A DNA stretch of 64,000 bases from Octopus sinensis (taxonomy: Eukaryota). The translations under genes were made by a program, and so were the position numbers. This document shows positions 13,687-28,106 of the stretch, one piece after another (positions within the stretch are counted from its first letter, which is position 1; every line of letters begins with the position of its first letter). Under the pieces are notes generated by a model. The model ran no database searches. It saw only the letters and a list, made by a program, of their open reading frames with translations, and was not told the DNA's origin. The stretch spans positions 109,926,001-109,990,000 of the forward strand of contig NC_043001.1 in the NCBI RefSeq assembly GCF_006345805.1, written 5' to 3'.

Positions 13687-13960
13687 ATATACTCACACTA
13701 GAATATATATATCCAACTAATTTATTAGCAATAAGTGAAAGTACATGGTTTAGTGGTTAAGCTATTCAGTTCACGGTCGTAAGATCATGAGTTCCATTCG
13801 TGGCGGCGCCTTGTCGCCTTGAACAAGATAATTCATTTCACGTTGATTCAGTTCGCTCAACTGACAAATGAAAGGGTCAACCTTATCACATTCTCTGTCA
13901 AGCTCAGTCTCACTGAGATCTACGTTAAGGTTGCCGCGCATGTGTCGAGTGCTCAGCTGC

Positions 13961-14190
13961 TCCTTTACTCGTTTACTTGTTTCAGTCATTTGACTGTGGC
14001 CATGCTGGAGCACCGCCTTTAGTCGAGCAAGTCGACCCCAGGACTTATTCTTTGTAATCCTAGTACTTATTTTATCGGTATCTTATGCCGAACCGCTAAG
14101 TTACGGGTATGTAAGCACACCAGCATCGGTTGTCAAGCAATGTGGGGGGACAAACACAGACACACAAACATATACACACACATATATATA

Positions 14191-14243
<53 letters not shown>

Positions 14244-14411
14244 TATGACTGGCTTCTTTAAGTTTCCGTCTACCAAATGCACTCACAAGGCTTTGATCGG
14301 CCGGAGGGTATAGTAGAAGACAGTTGCCCAAGGTGCCATGCAGTGGGACTGAACCCGGAACCATGTGGTTGGTAAGCAAGCTGCTTACCACACAACCTCT
14401 CCTACGCCTAT
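13961..14411 (-). mobile_element. Family A SINE, full length
   Basis: Reverse complement of 19-433. Confidence 0.85.
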
Positions 14412-14581
14412 TAGCTGCTTGCACGTTTATTTCAAGAGAAGGCTCTTTCGTTGATTGGATCAAATGAAACCCGCTACCTCGTAATAGGCGGATTGTTGAC
14501 AGACGGAATTTCAACAGGCTGAGTGTCACTTTACTAATAATCAAACATTGATCCGTACAACGTTAAACTTGAAATATAGTT

Positions 14582-14810
14582 ATAGACTAATCCCTAGACT
14601 ATCGCGTGTTATGTTCCAACGCCGCGATAGGTTAAAATCGGTGAAGTAGAAACAACTGTATGATTATGATTATCATTTTTATAATTTGTATATATTTATT
14701 TTATTATAAATGCAAAAGTGCATTACGGAGGAATCGACGTAAGCTTAAATATTAAACCGCAATAGGTTAACGGCGATAGGTGAAGCGCGACTTGGCGAGG
14801 GATTACTGTA
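14582..14810. mobile_element. Probable Tc1/pogo (Tigger-like) MITE
   Basis: Imperfect terminal inverted repeats TAATCCCTAGACTATCGCG ... CGCGACTTGGCGAGGGATTACTG followed by TA. Confidence 0.5.
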
Positions 14811-14933
14811 TATCATACACATAGAAAACACGCATCAGCATAATTACATCTTGATAACTACATCGTTTTATAACGCATGTTACTCCTCAATACACAACAT
14901 AACCGGTTGCTCATGGAATTAAAGGGATCTGGG

Positions 14934-15578
14934 TATTATTCTTTTCTACTCTAGGCTCAAGGCCCAAATTTTTGGGGGTATGGGCAGTCGATTAGATAGA
15001 CCCAGTACGCAACTGGTACTTAATTTATCGACACCGAAAGGATGAAAGGCAAAGAGGACTTCTGCGGAATTTGAAATCAGAACGTAAAGACAGTCGAAAT
15101 ACAGTTAAGCATTTCGCCAGGTGTGCTAAAGTTTCTACGAGGTCGCCGCCTTGGATTTAGGTTTTATTCTTTTTTAGTCTCGGCAGAAGGGTGCCAGTTG
15201 ATTAGATCAATCCCAGTACGCAACTGGTACTTAATATATCGACCCCAAAAGGATGAAAGGCAAATTCGACCCCGGCGAAATTTGAACTCAGAAGGTAAAG
15301 ATAAACGAAATACGGCTAAGCATTTCGCCCGACGTGATGACGTTTCTTATTTCTTTATTGCCCACAAGGGGCTAAACATAGAGGGGATAAACATGGAGAG
15401 ACAAAGGGATTAAGTCGATTACATCGATCCTAGTGCGTAACTGGTACTTAATTTATCGATCCCGAAAGGATGAAAGGCAAATCGACCTCGGCGGAATTTG
15501 AACTCAGAACGTAACGGCAGACGAAATACGGCTACGCATTTAGCGCGGCGTGCTAACGTTTCTGCCAGCTCGCCACCT
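14934..15578 (-). mobile_element. Three consecutive family B SINE copies (~14934-15150, 15165-15340, 15342-15578)
   Basis: CCCAGTACGCAACTGGTACTTAAT..ATCGAC..CGAAAGGATGAAAGGCAAA recurs three times. Confidence 0.85.
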
Positions 15579-15855
15579 TGGATCTGGGTATTATTGACCA
15601 AGGAAAATAACCGTGATTCCGGAGTTTCTTTAAAGGTAGCTTCGGACCATGATTTCTGCTATTCGTCAGGTATTTGACAGCAAATATTTCTCAAGATATA
15701 ATGCATGGGAAACAAATAAAATTTGATTATTGTTAGATCTGAATTAATAATTATTTAAATGACAATAGTTATCTTGTAATACGTTGCTTATTGAAAGAAT
15801 AGACGACAAATATTTCATTGCTATTTGCTGATGTTGGCAAGATAGATCAATAAGG

Positions 15856-15926
<71 letters not shown>

Positions 15927-16360
15927 GTAATAATAACAGCGATGACGAAGGAGGACGACGACGGCAGTGGTTTTGGTGGTCTTCGTCTTCATGATGATGA
16001 TGATGATGACATCAAAAGTGAAATAAAGACTGAAAATTGACAACAGATGAGAAAGATGAAACGTGAGATTAAATTTGTGCGAAAAGAAATTTGATAAAGA
16101 TAGAATGTAAACTGTTGTGAATAAGAGAGAATGGAAAATAGTATAAAATACTGTGAGAAAAGTAAAGACTCTGAAAAGTAGATTTATCAATTATTTAAGT
16201 GAGTTAATTAAATGTGTTGATATATTGACAATTAAAAGCCAATCTAATGGAAATATATTAGCTGACATAAATAATTTAAATGCCTCTGAACCGTTAGGAA
16301 ATCTAATCTTTCAAGTAAATATCTTGAAATGAAAAGGCATTTGATAGTATACAGAATATC

Positions 16361-16594
16361 AAGGCGGCGAGCTGGCAGAATCGCTAGCAAGCCGGGCGAA
16401 ATGCTTAGCGGTATTTCGTTCGCCGTTACGTTCTGAGTTCAAATTCCGCCGAGGTCGACTTTGCCTTTAATCTTTTCGGGGTCGATTAAATAAGTACCAG
16501 TTATGCACTGGGGTCGATATAATCGACTTAATCCCTTTGTCTGTGCTTGCTTGTTCCCTCTATGTTTAGCCCCTTGTCGGCAATAAAGAAATAA
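16361..16594 (+). mobile_element. Family B SINE, full length
   Basis: AAGGCGGCGAGCTGGCAG head through AATAAAGAAATAAG tail. Confidence 0.88.
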
Positions 16595-16673
16595 GTATAC
16601 AAAATATCTGTGAAACATACTTCATTTGATAAAGAAAAGAATAAAGCAATGCGCTTCTTTATTATGTGTTATG

Positions 16674-16992
16674 TGGAGACGCAATGGCCCAGTTGTTAGG
16701 GCAGCGGACTCGCGGTCGTAGGACCGCGGTTTCGATTTCCACACCGGGGGTTATGAGTGCTTATTGAGAGAAAACAACTAAATCTCCACGTGATTTCGGC
16801 AGTGGGTGGTGGCGAACCCTGCTGTGCTATTTCACGATAACTTCCTCTCACTCTTTCTTTCTGTTTCTGTTGTACCTGTATTTCAAAGGGCCAGCATTGT
16901 CACTTTCTGTGTCACGCTGTATTTCCCCGAGAGCTGCGTTAATAGTACACGTGTCTGTGGAGTGCTCAGCCACTTGCACGTTAATTCCACGA
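16674..16992 (+). mobile_element. tRNA-derived SINE, family C
   Basis: GCAATGGCCCAGTTGTTAGGGCAGCGGACTCGCGG head, GGTTTCGATT B box; homologous to 31933-32312. Confidence 0.85.
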
Positions 16993-18284
16993 GTGCCATG
17001 ACCATGTGTTAAAGAAGCTGTTATTAATCAATCATAACAAACATTCACTCCCACTATGAAAGGAATTTGTAGTAAATATACCTTACACATTGATTGCGGG
17101 AACAATTTAGACTGAAATAAGTGCAGTAGGTTGCAACTTTGTGGAGTTAATTGGATGTTTTCAAATTATGTTGTAATAATTATACAAATTGTATTACAAT
17201 AATTATTTTGGCTAAAATTTCTAAAATATTATTTTAAGTCATGCTTAATGAAAGCAATTAGCAAATTGCAAAATAAGAATTACAAGAAAAGAAACAGGTG
17301 AATATTAAATTAATTTGTAGTTAAAAAAAAGAAAGCAGTGGGGGAAAAACTGCAATCCAAATGGTATGGTGTGAAAATGAAGTTGGACGAGAATTAAGAT
17401 TTAAGAAAGAAAAATATAAAAATACAGAGAATGCATTTTATGAGCTTAAACCAAACCAGCCATGTTTAACATTGGCAATCAGCAGAAATGCAGAATAGGA
17501 TAACAATCCGTATATTTGTATTTTACATTACCGCAGGTACCTCTGTCTTAATGCTAAGATGTGTAGATATAACTCTGTGGCAGACAACACCTGCTTCTCT
17601 TCTACTACTGGAAACATCTTTGATAAGATATAAACACCACATAAACATCTTTGATAAGATAGCAATATATGTGTATATAAAATCAACTACACAGCTTACC
17701 TAAATCAATATCAAAGATCGTTTATAAAATGTGGTAAATACCAACAGAGATTTCTTTAATATATGTACAAATCTTCATTTCCTAAACTCCGGTATGGAGA
17801 CGTTTTTAAACATGTAATACAAAATCCATTTATTATTTTTCAGCAATACGATAAATCAATATTTGTAATTCATTAGATCGATATTAGTCAATATTTATAT
17901 TTCATGGAATCAATAGTTGTGATTATTTAAATCAATATTAGCAAATGAACATTATTTGTTGAATACTGAAGATTTGTATTAGTATTTACAAATGTTCACT
18001 ACCGGCATTAAGAGTAATGGCGTTTGTTCTGTCCTTCGTATATAGCTTTGTTATTTACTGTAAATCTGAATTATTTGCTTTGTCCATTGTTCTCCACAAT
18101 GTCCATACTCGGTACACAACCTCTGGTTTTTCAACAGTTTGTACAGGTAAATATTATCCAAAATTATAAGAGACTTTCTCCAGAATAATGTTTCGTTGGT
18201 GGGGCTTCCACTACTTATATCAACTGAACACAAAATGCATCTCATTCCTAATGTTCTCTCTATCATAATAATATATATATATAT

Positions 18285-18350
<66 letters not shown>

Positions 18351-18369
18351 TACTTTTTACCTTTTTTAA

Positions 18370-18821
18370 TTTTTTACTTGTTTCAGTCATGTGACTGTGA
18401 CCATGATGGAGCACCGCCTTTAGTCGAGCAAATCGACCCCAGGACTTATTCTTTGTAAGCCTAGTACTTATCCTATCGGTGTCTTTTGCCGAACCGCTAA
18501 GTTACGGGGACGTAAACACACCAGCATCGGTTGTCAAGTGATGTGGGGGGACAAACGCAGACACACAAACACACACACACACATATACATTATATATATA
18601 TATATATATTATATATATATAATATTATAATATATATATATATATACAAATATATACGACGGACTTCTTTCAGTTTCCGTCTACCAAATCCACTCACAAG
18701 GCTTTGGTCGGCCCGAGGCTATAGTAGAAGACACTTGCCCAAGGTACCACACAGTAGGACTGAACCCGGAACCATGTGGTTGGGAAACAAGCTACTTACC
18801 ACACAGTCTGTCGTACGCCTA
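18370..18821 (-). mobile_element. Family A SINE, full length
   Basis: Reverse complement of family A. Confidence 0.85.
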
Positions 18822-19149
18822 TATATGCATATTTTCCGCCATATTTCAATAATTCTATCTTCCGTATCGCTGACAGATTTTCTCTAGCTTATCCCTTACC
18901 GAGTTCTTACATGATTGCTAAATATTTCGTGTTTGTTCAACATTGAATTTGTATTGTGTCGTTCAGAAGATTTCATTTTCATTTTCTGACAGGCATTTTG
19001 TAAGAATGGAAAGCAAGATTTTCATTCATACAATAATTTACAAATGCTGAATTCAATCGTCTTATTTTTTGTGTAGTTTGTATTAGAAACATGTAACTAT
19101 AAGCCATTAATATATCAGTCTTCAAGTATAAGATTCTCTTCGCTTATAA

Positions 19150-19435
19150 GTGGCACTCTGCCGGTTACGATGATGAGGTTTCCAGTTGATCCGATCAAAG
19201 GAACAGCCTGCTCCTGAAATTAACTTGCAAGTGGCTGAGTCAGTACTCCTCAGACACGTGTACACTTAACATAGTTCTCGGAGAGATTCAGCGTGTCACA
19301 CAGAGGGGCACAAGGCTGGCCCTTTGAAATACAGCTACGAGAGAAACAGGAAGAAACAGTGAGAGAATGTTGTGGTGAAAGAGTACAGCAGGGTTCGCCA
19401 CCAACCCTTGCCGGAGGCTCGTGGACCATTAAGTG
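19150..19435 (-). mobile_element. Family C SINE, 3' portion
   Basis: GGCACTCTGCCGGTTACGATGATGAGGTTTCCAGTTGATCCGATCAA is the reverse complement of the family C tail. Confidence 0.8.
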
Positions 19436-20269
19436 TTTGATAGACAGACATATATATGTATGTGTGAGTGTGTGTGTGTGTGTATGTGTGTGTGTGTTAC
19501 ATATACATTTACTCATATACATACGTACACACACATATAAAGAGTGGTCGACAGGAATATTAGAAAATTTACTAGTCGTCACTTTGAAAACTATATATTT
19601 CGGACGGGAATTTGGCAGCGCCACCTCTAGCAAAACAATTATTCTGTGCTGATGAAGGGAAATAACCCGGAAATCACAATACACAGATATTGCTTTGAGC
19701 TGAGTGGGGGTGCTATATTCCCTTGTTCGAAATTGTTAGGACACAGATCGTGTCGTATAGCCAGCTGGAGACGATGTTTCCTGGGGTTAGATTACAGCAA
19801 CATTGGTCCTACACCAGGACTGCCATGTTATGTTGGCAAACAATTCTTACTAGATAGAAATATGTGCATGTGTGCGTTACATAAAGATATATATATATAA
19901 ATATATGCAGACAGATAGAAATATATATTTGTGTGTGTTACATATTCATACACATATACATACGTAAACACACATATAAATAGCGGCCAACACATAGAAA
20001 TATATATATTTGTGCGTGTGTGTGTTACATCATGATAGATCGCTAGCCACTACATATTCTTTATTTTCTCTCTTTGTTTCTTTCTGTGTTCGTTTCTGTG
20101 GAAGAGCGTAGGCTCGAAACGTTAAAGACTCTTTTCACTTCCCGAGCGTTTTACTAATACACCTGTTTGTTGTCTACACCACCTGTCTTCGTCTTTTGAT
20201 TTTTTTGTGAATTCTCCCCTATACATACATACATACGTACATACATACATACATACGTACATGCATACA

Positions 20270-20301
<32 letters not shown>

Positions 20302-20890
20302 CATACATAAACACACATATAAAGAGAGGCCGAGAAATGGAAATATATACATGTGTACGTTACATATACATAAACACACATATACATATAAGCAGACAGG
20401 TAGAAATATATACTTGTCTGTCAGTGTGTGTGAACGCGCGCGCGTTAAAAGGGTACAAACACTCTTTATTATACATCATAAATACAGGAATTATGAAATC
20501 GTTGCGGATATGACATATATTTATTTACTAAACAAAACGGCGGAGAGAGTGAATTTCTATTACACAAGCAAAATGATAAATATGTATTCCTACGTTGTAC
20601 CATGTCAACCTCTCTATATTTTTGTTTCGGGCGATGTAACTTACAAAAGACAGAAACCATCTGTGCCCAGCACTGCGTAGGTTGCGTATAAATATGTCTG
20701 GAATATACCAGTATGTTGAACCACAGGATCATTTATACTCAGAGGGGACAAAGCTGTCAAACGCTTGAAAGGGATCACCATGCAGTTTAATTCTACATCC
20801 ATACATATATACTCAGTATGTATTCATGGAAATATATATATACATATACATATTCATACATACATATATATATATATATATATGCAAACA

Positions 20891-21222
20891 TGGAGGTGCA
20901 ATGGCCCAGTGGTTTGGGCAGCGGACTCGTGGTCGTAGATTGCGGTTTCGATTCTCAGATGGGGCGTTGTGAGTGTTTATTAAGTGAAAACACCTAAAGC
21001 TCCACGAGGCTCCGACACTCTTCCTGTTCCTGATTCTGTTGAACCTGTATCTCAAAGAGCCAGCTTTGTCACACTCTGTGTCACGCTGAATCTTCCAGGG
21101 AACTACGTTAAGGGAACACGTGGCGTCTGTGGACTGCTCAGTCAATTCCAGGTTAATTTCACGAGCTGGCTGTTCCGTTGATCGGATCAACTGGAACCCT
21201 CGTCGTCGTAACCGACGGAGTA
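20891..21222 (+). mobile_element. Family C SINE
   Basis: GGAGGTGCAATGGCCCAGTGG head; tail GGATCAACTGGAACCCTCGTCGTCGTAACCGACGGAG. Confidence 0.85.
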
Positions 21223-21440
21223 CCAGTATATAAAAACATACATACTTCATACGTACACACACACATCCCCCCTCAGACACACGCATGAACACACGCAGAC
21301 ACACATATTTATATATATATATATATATATAATATATATATATATATACACACACAAACACATACGCAAACACTTGATGTATATAAAGACTATATATATA
21401 ATATATACACACATACGCAAACACTCGATGTATATAAATA

Positions 21441-21493
<53 letters not shown>

Positions 21494-22514
21494 TAAATTA
21501 TATATATACACATGCATACGCAAACACTCGATAGAAGATACGTAGATCTCTACGTAGAGAGAGAAAAAGATAAATTGACAGAGAGATTAATAACTGTGTA
21601 ATATCGGGATTCCATTAGATATTGCTAATATAGTTGTTGTTTTTCTGTAGTCAGTTTAACGTGAGAGTTTGAACGTAAAAGCTTTCAGATTTTAAACGAT
21701 GACCATTAAAACATCAACTGCTTCTAAACATATTATAAATGTATAATTTTATAGTGTGGTATTTTACTCCTACACAGTACACATACAGACTCACATCTTT
21801 AAGAGAATTTTGTATGTATGCATGCAGTCATCTATCTGTACATGTAAATATGTATGTATGCATATATGCATGCATGAATGCATGAATGTATATATGTATA
21901 TATACGAATAAACATGAGTGTGTACGTGTATATTTATTGAATATTTATTAGAAGCATCTATCTCCTATATGTTTTTTTACTGCCAATCCATAATCTTACA
22001 AGCAAGTCAAGTGCAACACTTAAGCCTCAAACGCCATTAGAATGTTAACTTAACATTTATGATGAATATAGAAGGAATATATTCAAGTAACAAAAAGGAT
22101 TGGATGTATATTTAAGGAAGTATACGGTAAGCAACTTCACATTAAATATTTTATACTGGTAGCTAAGTATACAGTGATATGATCCAGGCTGCTAAACGAT
22201 CTAGTATTTATTATTTTTTTATAACTGTTAAACACAATCGCTTTTCCGTCGGGATGGTTGATGTATTTAGCCTGGATCTGAGATCGAAAGCATTTCTTTT
22301 GTCTCTATATAGGAAACTGATATATGGTTTGTTTCGTGAAAGTTATCTTTTCCAATATTTATCACATATATATCAATGTTAACTTTCAGCAATATTTACT
22401 GTAATAAGTTTTATTGTAATCACCGATATATTTTCTGCTCTCTTGGCCATTTTATCCATTACCGTATGTCCACTAGGGCATTACATAATCATATCTCTAT
22501 AAAATGAAAGTATA

Positions 22515-22574
<60 letters not shown>

Positions 22575-22741
22575 ATTGTCACATATTATATTTACAGATA
22601 AATTTCTCTATTTACATAATATCGAGGTCTCTTATTTTTTTTTGTTGTCTTACTATTTTTATCAATACAGGTGGTGCTATTAAGTTAGACATGGCCTGGG
22701 CCAATAATGGCCGAAACCTATCAAAGTATCAAAGTATCAAA

Positions 22742-22789
<48 letters not shown>

Positions 22790-22793
<4 letters not shown>

Positions 22794-23298
22794 TAATAAT
22801 AAAATATTAGGGAATAAATCCAAACTTACAGGGAAAAATCAGATTTAGGATTGAATCCAATTTTATAGTAAAATATTATATTATATTAAATCAGAGATAA
22901 AACCACTATTATCTTTTATTAAACTTTTAATACTTTTGATATATATTTAAAATAATATAAATTAATTAATTTTATGTATTGGCTTAAGTTTTTCATTGTT
23001 TGATTTGCCTAATAGTGGTTTTATCTCTAATTTAATATAATATATATATATTATATATATATATATATATAAAATATTATTAGAGACAAAACCACTATTT
23101 TGCAAAACAAACAAGGAAAGACTTAATCAATACATAAAATTTTAAAATTTTATGTATTGATTAAGTCTTTCCTTGTTTGTTTTGCAAAATAGTGGTTTTG
23201 TCTCTAATAATATTTTATAATATTTTACTATAAAATTGGATTTAATCCTAAATCTGATTTTTTTCCCTGTAAATTTGGATTTATTCCCTAATATTTAT

Positions 23299-23300
<2 letters not shown>
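22790..23300. repeat. Nested fold-back repeats of the family seen at 49915-50398
   Basis: Outer arms ATTAGGGAATAAATCCAAAC...(22806) and ...TTGGATTTATTCCCTAAT(23292); inner palindrome ~23071-23216 centred on AAAATTTTAAAATTTT. Confidence 0.8.
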
Positions 23301-23371
<71 letters not shown>

Positions 23372-23390
23372 TATATATACATACATACAT

Positions 23391-23767
23391 ATAATCAAAA
23401 TAAGCAAGAAGTATATCCGAGGTAGGATGGTACAATTGTTTCATGATACTTCATTTTATTAAACACTGTATTACATCAGTTTTAAATTAAAATGTCGAGC
23501 AATCTTCAGTCACTTATACAAATTTTCCAATCAAACGGACAATGCACATTCTTTTCTCTGTTTTGTTTGCCAACATTATAAATAGGGTAGATATACAGAC
23601 AGAGAGGTTGATTTCATTCTTAAGAACATGACAGTAGTAAATTTACTGTATGACTGTAGATTTTATCCTTTGTTATTTAGTAATACTTACAGCGTTTAAT
23701 AAAATGAAGTAGCATGAAACAATTGTACCACCCAACCTCGGATATACTTGTTGCTTATTTTGATTAT
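23391..23767. repeat. Inverted repeat (~80-bp arms, ~210-bp spacer) with degenerate hammerhead remnants
   Basis: ATAATCAAAATAAGCAAGAAGTATATCCGAGGT...TACAATTGTTTCATG versus CATGAAACAATTGTA...ACCTCGGATATACTTGTTGCTTATTTTGATTAT. Confidence 0.7.
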
Positions 23768-24059
23768 AAGCACCCATTTGATTTATATGGGATAATACCA
23801 TACAAAATTCTGGTGCCTTTGACTTAAGTACCATATTCATCTGAATCTAAATTTTGCTGAACTTATATATATATATACTTCTAAATACGATATTGAGCTC
23901 TAACATTAACAAGGTCTTAAAAATTTGTGGTAGGTAAGTTATACTTGCTTAAGTTTTTGCAGAATTTCATTGATAATCTTCTGGTCCATCTCTCAAAGAG
24001 AAAAATCATTTTCAGTCACGCAGGTATTGGAATCGAGAATGTTAAAAATTAAAACTCTA

Positions 24060-24465
24060 TACTCTTATTCTTTTACTTGTTTCAAACAATTGACTGCGGC
24101 CATGCTGGACCACCGCCTTTAGTCGAGCAAATCGAACACAGGACTTATTCTTTGTAAGCCTAGTACTTATTCCATTGGTCTCTTTTGCCGAACCTCTAAG
24201 TTACGGGGACGTAAACACACCGGCATCGGTTGTCAAGCGATGTTGGGGGGAAAACACAGACACACAAACATACACACATACATATATACATATATACGAT
24301 GGGATTCATTCTGTTTCCGTCTACCAAATCCACTCACAAGGCTTTGGTCGACCCGAGGCTATAATAGAAGACACTTGCCAAAAGTGCCATGCAGTGGGAC
24401 TGAAACCCGGAACCATGTGGTTGGTAAACAAGCTACTTACCACACAGCCACTCCTAAGCGCATAT
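24060..24465 (-). mobile_element. Family A SINE
   Basis: Reverse complement of family A. Confidence 0.85.
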
Positions 24466-25123
24466 CTACGAAATCTGCCATTGAACACGTATATAACGAC
24501 AAATACATAGGATTGCATATGTGTAGAACAGTATCCGTATAAAAGAAGCACTTTACTTCTTTAGATCTAAATTATCCTGTAAAAAATAAGACCGACAATG
24601 ACAAAAAAACTATATCACATGCTAGAGTAAACGAAACAGTCACTAGATGCCTAAGTGATATTCACAATATTAACGTGGTTCCGAAACTAAATCGAAATTC
24701 CTAATCGCCTCACTTACTTTCGAAAAGTCATGTATATCAAAAAAGTATGATATATAAATAAATGAGTTTAAATTATAGAAAATTTGAAAGGTTAGTCCAT
24801 TATTATTCATGTGGCATTTATTAACGCTATGATTGTTCTAAATATCACTGTATCACACTGACGTTTAGCAAATAAAATGGGATACCCACATAGACATATA
24901 TTCCTACCGTACAGCACGCCCAAAACACATACATATATCCTCTTATATTTAATGAGAATATGTTTGCAAACACATTCGTGGAAATATATTTACACGAAGG
25001 GCATGCATACATACACACATGAAATATGAATACATATGTATATAATACATAAATGTATGTATATATATATTCAAGGAGCTATGTATATATATATATATAC
25101 ATATATATATATGTATACATATA

Positions 25124-25154
<31 letters not shown>

Positions 25155-25169
25155 GTATATATATATGTA

Positions 25170-25265
<96 letters not shown>

Positions 25266-25370
25266 CATATATATATATACATATATATATATACAATATA
25301 TATGTATACATATATGTATGTATACATATATGTATGTATATATATACATATATTATATATATATGTATAT

Positions 25371-25428
<58 letters not shown>

Positions 25429-25594
25429 ATATATATTATATATATATATATATATGTACGGGATTACCCACGTATACAGAGAATGTTTAAAGCGCATTTG
25501 CTTTGGGACTTCCCTTTTGTGAATAAGCTGGTGCGGAATTCCCAGATATAAAGATTAGAACACATGCATGCGCGCGCACATAAGCAAACAAATT

Positions 25595-25629
<35 letters not shown>

Positions 25630-28106
25630 GCAACTACACTGACATTCACATTTATTGTCTCCAGCATAGAAACATCCCCACGTGATAACTGTTTTCATTT
25701 TGGAAAATAGTTTGCTATATTTCGATTAAATTCATTTTTAAATAATTTAGGGAATTCATTACTCAGAGAAATTATTTCTACTTGTAAAAATATTCTGTCA
25801 AATCTCACGAAGGTTCTACACAAATATATATTGACTGTTGTATCGTTTCCGTACTCTTTCTACAAAATACAAATGTCATTTGATGTAACAGCTATCCTCA
25901 CTTTACACAGATAGCATGCAGGCATGGATGTGGGTGTTTAAATATTTATTTCATCCTCCCCATGTACTGGATATCGAAACATCCAAAGGCTGAAGCGTGT
26001 ATAAGAATAAACTAATAAAAGAAAGTGTGTGTATCAAAAGATAGTTCGTTTGTTACAAATAACGCTCTTCGAATATATTATATCCAACATGAGCATTCGT
26101 TCCCGATATGATATCCCGAGGTTTGTTGCGATTCAGCCACATTTTCGGATCTTTGATGTTAGCTACACTCAAACTAATTTTTATGCACATTTCCTTCACT
26201 CGTGTAATTTTCCATAGCGATTTTGAAAATCACAACCATTTTTCTAAAATAATTTAATACCGAAGAATGTTATGAACAACGAAACTTGGATACTTTTGTA
26301 ATCGTAGCCGATAAGATTTATCCAATCTCGCCATCTCATCCAGAAGACCATTGCAGAATATCTCGTTTGCATAGAAGCCGACTGAAACTATTTTTTACAT
26401 GAAGGTTCGGTTCAAGGCTAACACTATCGTGAAGGTTTAAGGGTAGGTTTTAGGCTTTAGGGTTAGTCTGTAGAGTTAGGCTCTAGGATGACGGCCACAC
26501 TTAGCGTTACGGTTTGCAGTATATCATGGTATCTCATTATAAAATATTAATTTGCCTTTTAATTTGTTGTTCATTAATTATTTTCAAGGAACTTGTTATT
26601 TTTATCATCTCACCCTCCACCACCAAAATAAAAAAAAGAGAACATGTTGCAGGTAATTTAGTCATATAATTACTAACTCATGAAAAAAGCAGGCATGCCG
26701 TTTCCCATAACATCAGCACGGTCTGTAAAGAAAGGATGAATCAAATACTACAAGAAATATAATTTTAAAGTTTCGGAGGAATTTTACTATAAATTTTTGC
26801 GAAGAAAAAAGAAGTGGGACACTTTGCAGTTGGCATGCAAACCTATATCTTTAAAATTTCTTTAAAATTTCTTTAAAATGTTTCATCTTCAAATCTGCGG
26901 TCATACAGTCTGTTTAGAAAATTTCCTTTAATTTGAACACCACATCTGACAGAATAAATGTTAGCATAGAATCTTTCATTTTTAGGCGAGTAAATTAATC
27001 TTAGCATACGCCGATAGAATGCATGAAAATTCCATATGACTTAATGTGAGGTAGAGATATAAAGTCACTGATTAAAACTGTATCATGTTATGGATTACAG
27101 TAAAATTCTCTTATTGTGTAAATTATACATTGCTATCAACTTGAATTTGCTGTGAATGTTACTTAAATTACGACTCTACGATATAATGTAATATTGACGT
27201 CTGAAATTATATAATAAAATGAATTCTTATTAGGTATTTGATGCATCATATATATCATAATAAAAACGGTGGTATCAGGCATTTTAGCTACCCATTCGTA
27301 GTCACGTAACCTATTTCATAATATTGTCCTCGGTGTATTTGTAATATATTTGTGCAGACATAACTAGACATGGCGGTATTTATATTTCTAACTCTAAAGA
27401 CAAGGACGGCTGCTTCCGTAATCCAAGTAAATCACATTTTATAGCCACTTAGACCCTTCCGGCAAAGCGCATGTCGTGTCTGTTTCTAAACCCAAACGAA
27501 TAAAAAAAAGCTATAATCGTTTCGTGATATTACATATAACATAAAAAGAATCATTCACACCACTTACTGACAGCGGAACGTTTTCCAGATAGATTATGCT
27601 TTTAACACTTCAAACATAAATAACATCAGTTCAGTGAATAGAACATCATTACAGTCATCTATATTTGACCTTTAAATCTCCATTTCAGTAATATATATAT
27701 AATATCCAATAATTTACTTTATATAATATATTTACAAGATAGATGATTATATACGTATAACCAGTCAAGGTATACATTTAACCATTAAATAAAATGTTAT
27801 ATTGTGTAGTCAAAAATGTTTCATAGGAGTTGTAGCAAAGAGTAATTCGGGCCATGATCCCAACCATTTTTATGTTCACTTATTTATTTATTCATTTATT
27901 TTTTCCTTAGCCTCATGGCATCCTTATCAGTGTTGAAACCAATGTTTACCTTCTCGTGTGTAACAAAAAAAATGAATCTACGACTCTTGTAAATAAGTAA
28001 TATTGTGCGATTTTGCTGAAATGGTCCAGTTGTTGAAAATTTCATTTTACAGTCAAGGGATCGCGGTTTCTATTCCGATTCATGTAATTTTAGTTCGTAA
28101 CTTTTA

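Noticed and set aside
17990-18150. Plus-strand hydrophobic frame (MAFVLSFVYSFVIYC...) ending at ACAG|GTAAAT
   Set aside because: A possible signal-peptide exon, but the only evidence is one donor-like site.
26400-26485. Degenerate TTAGGG-like stretch
   Set aside because: Only one exact TTAGGG; too degenerate to call interstitial telomeric repeat.
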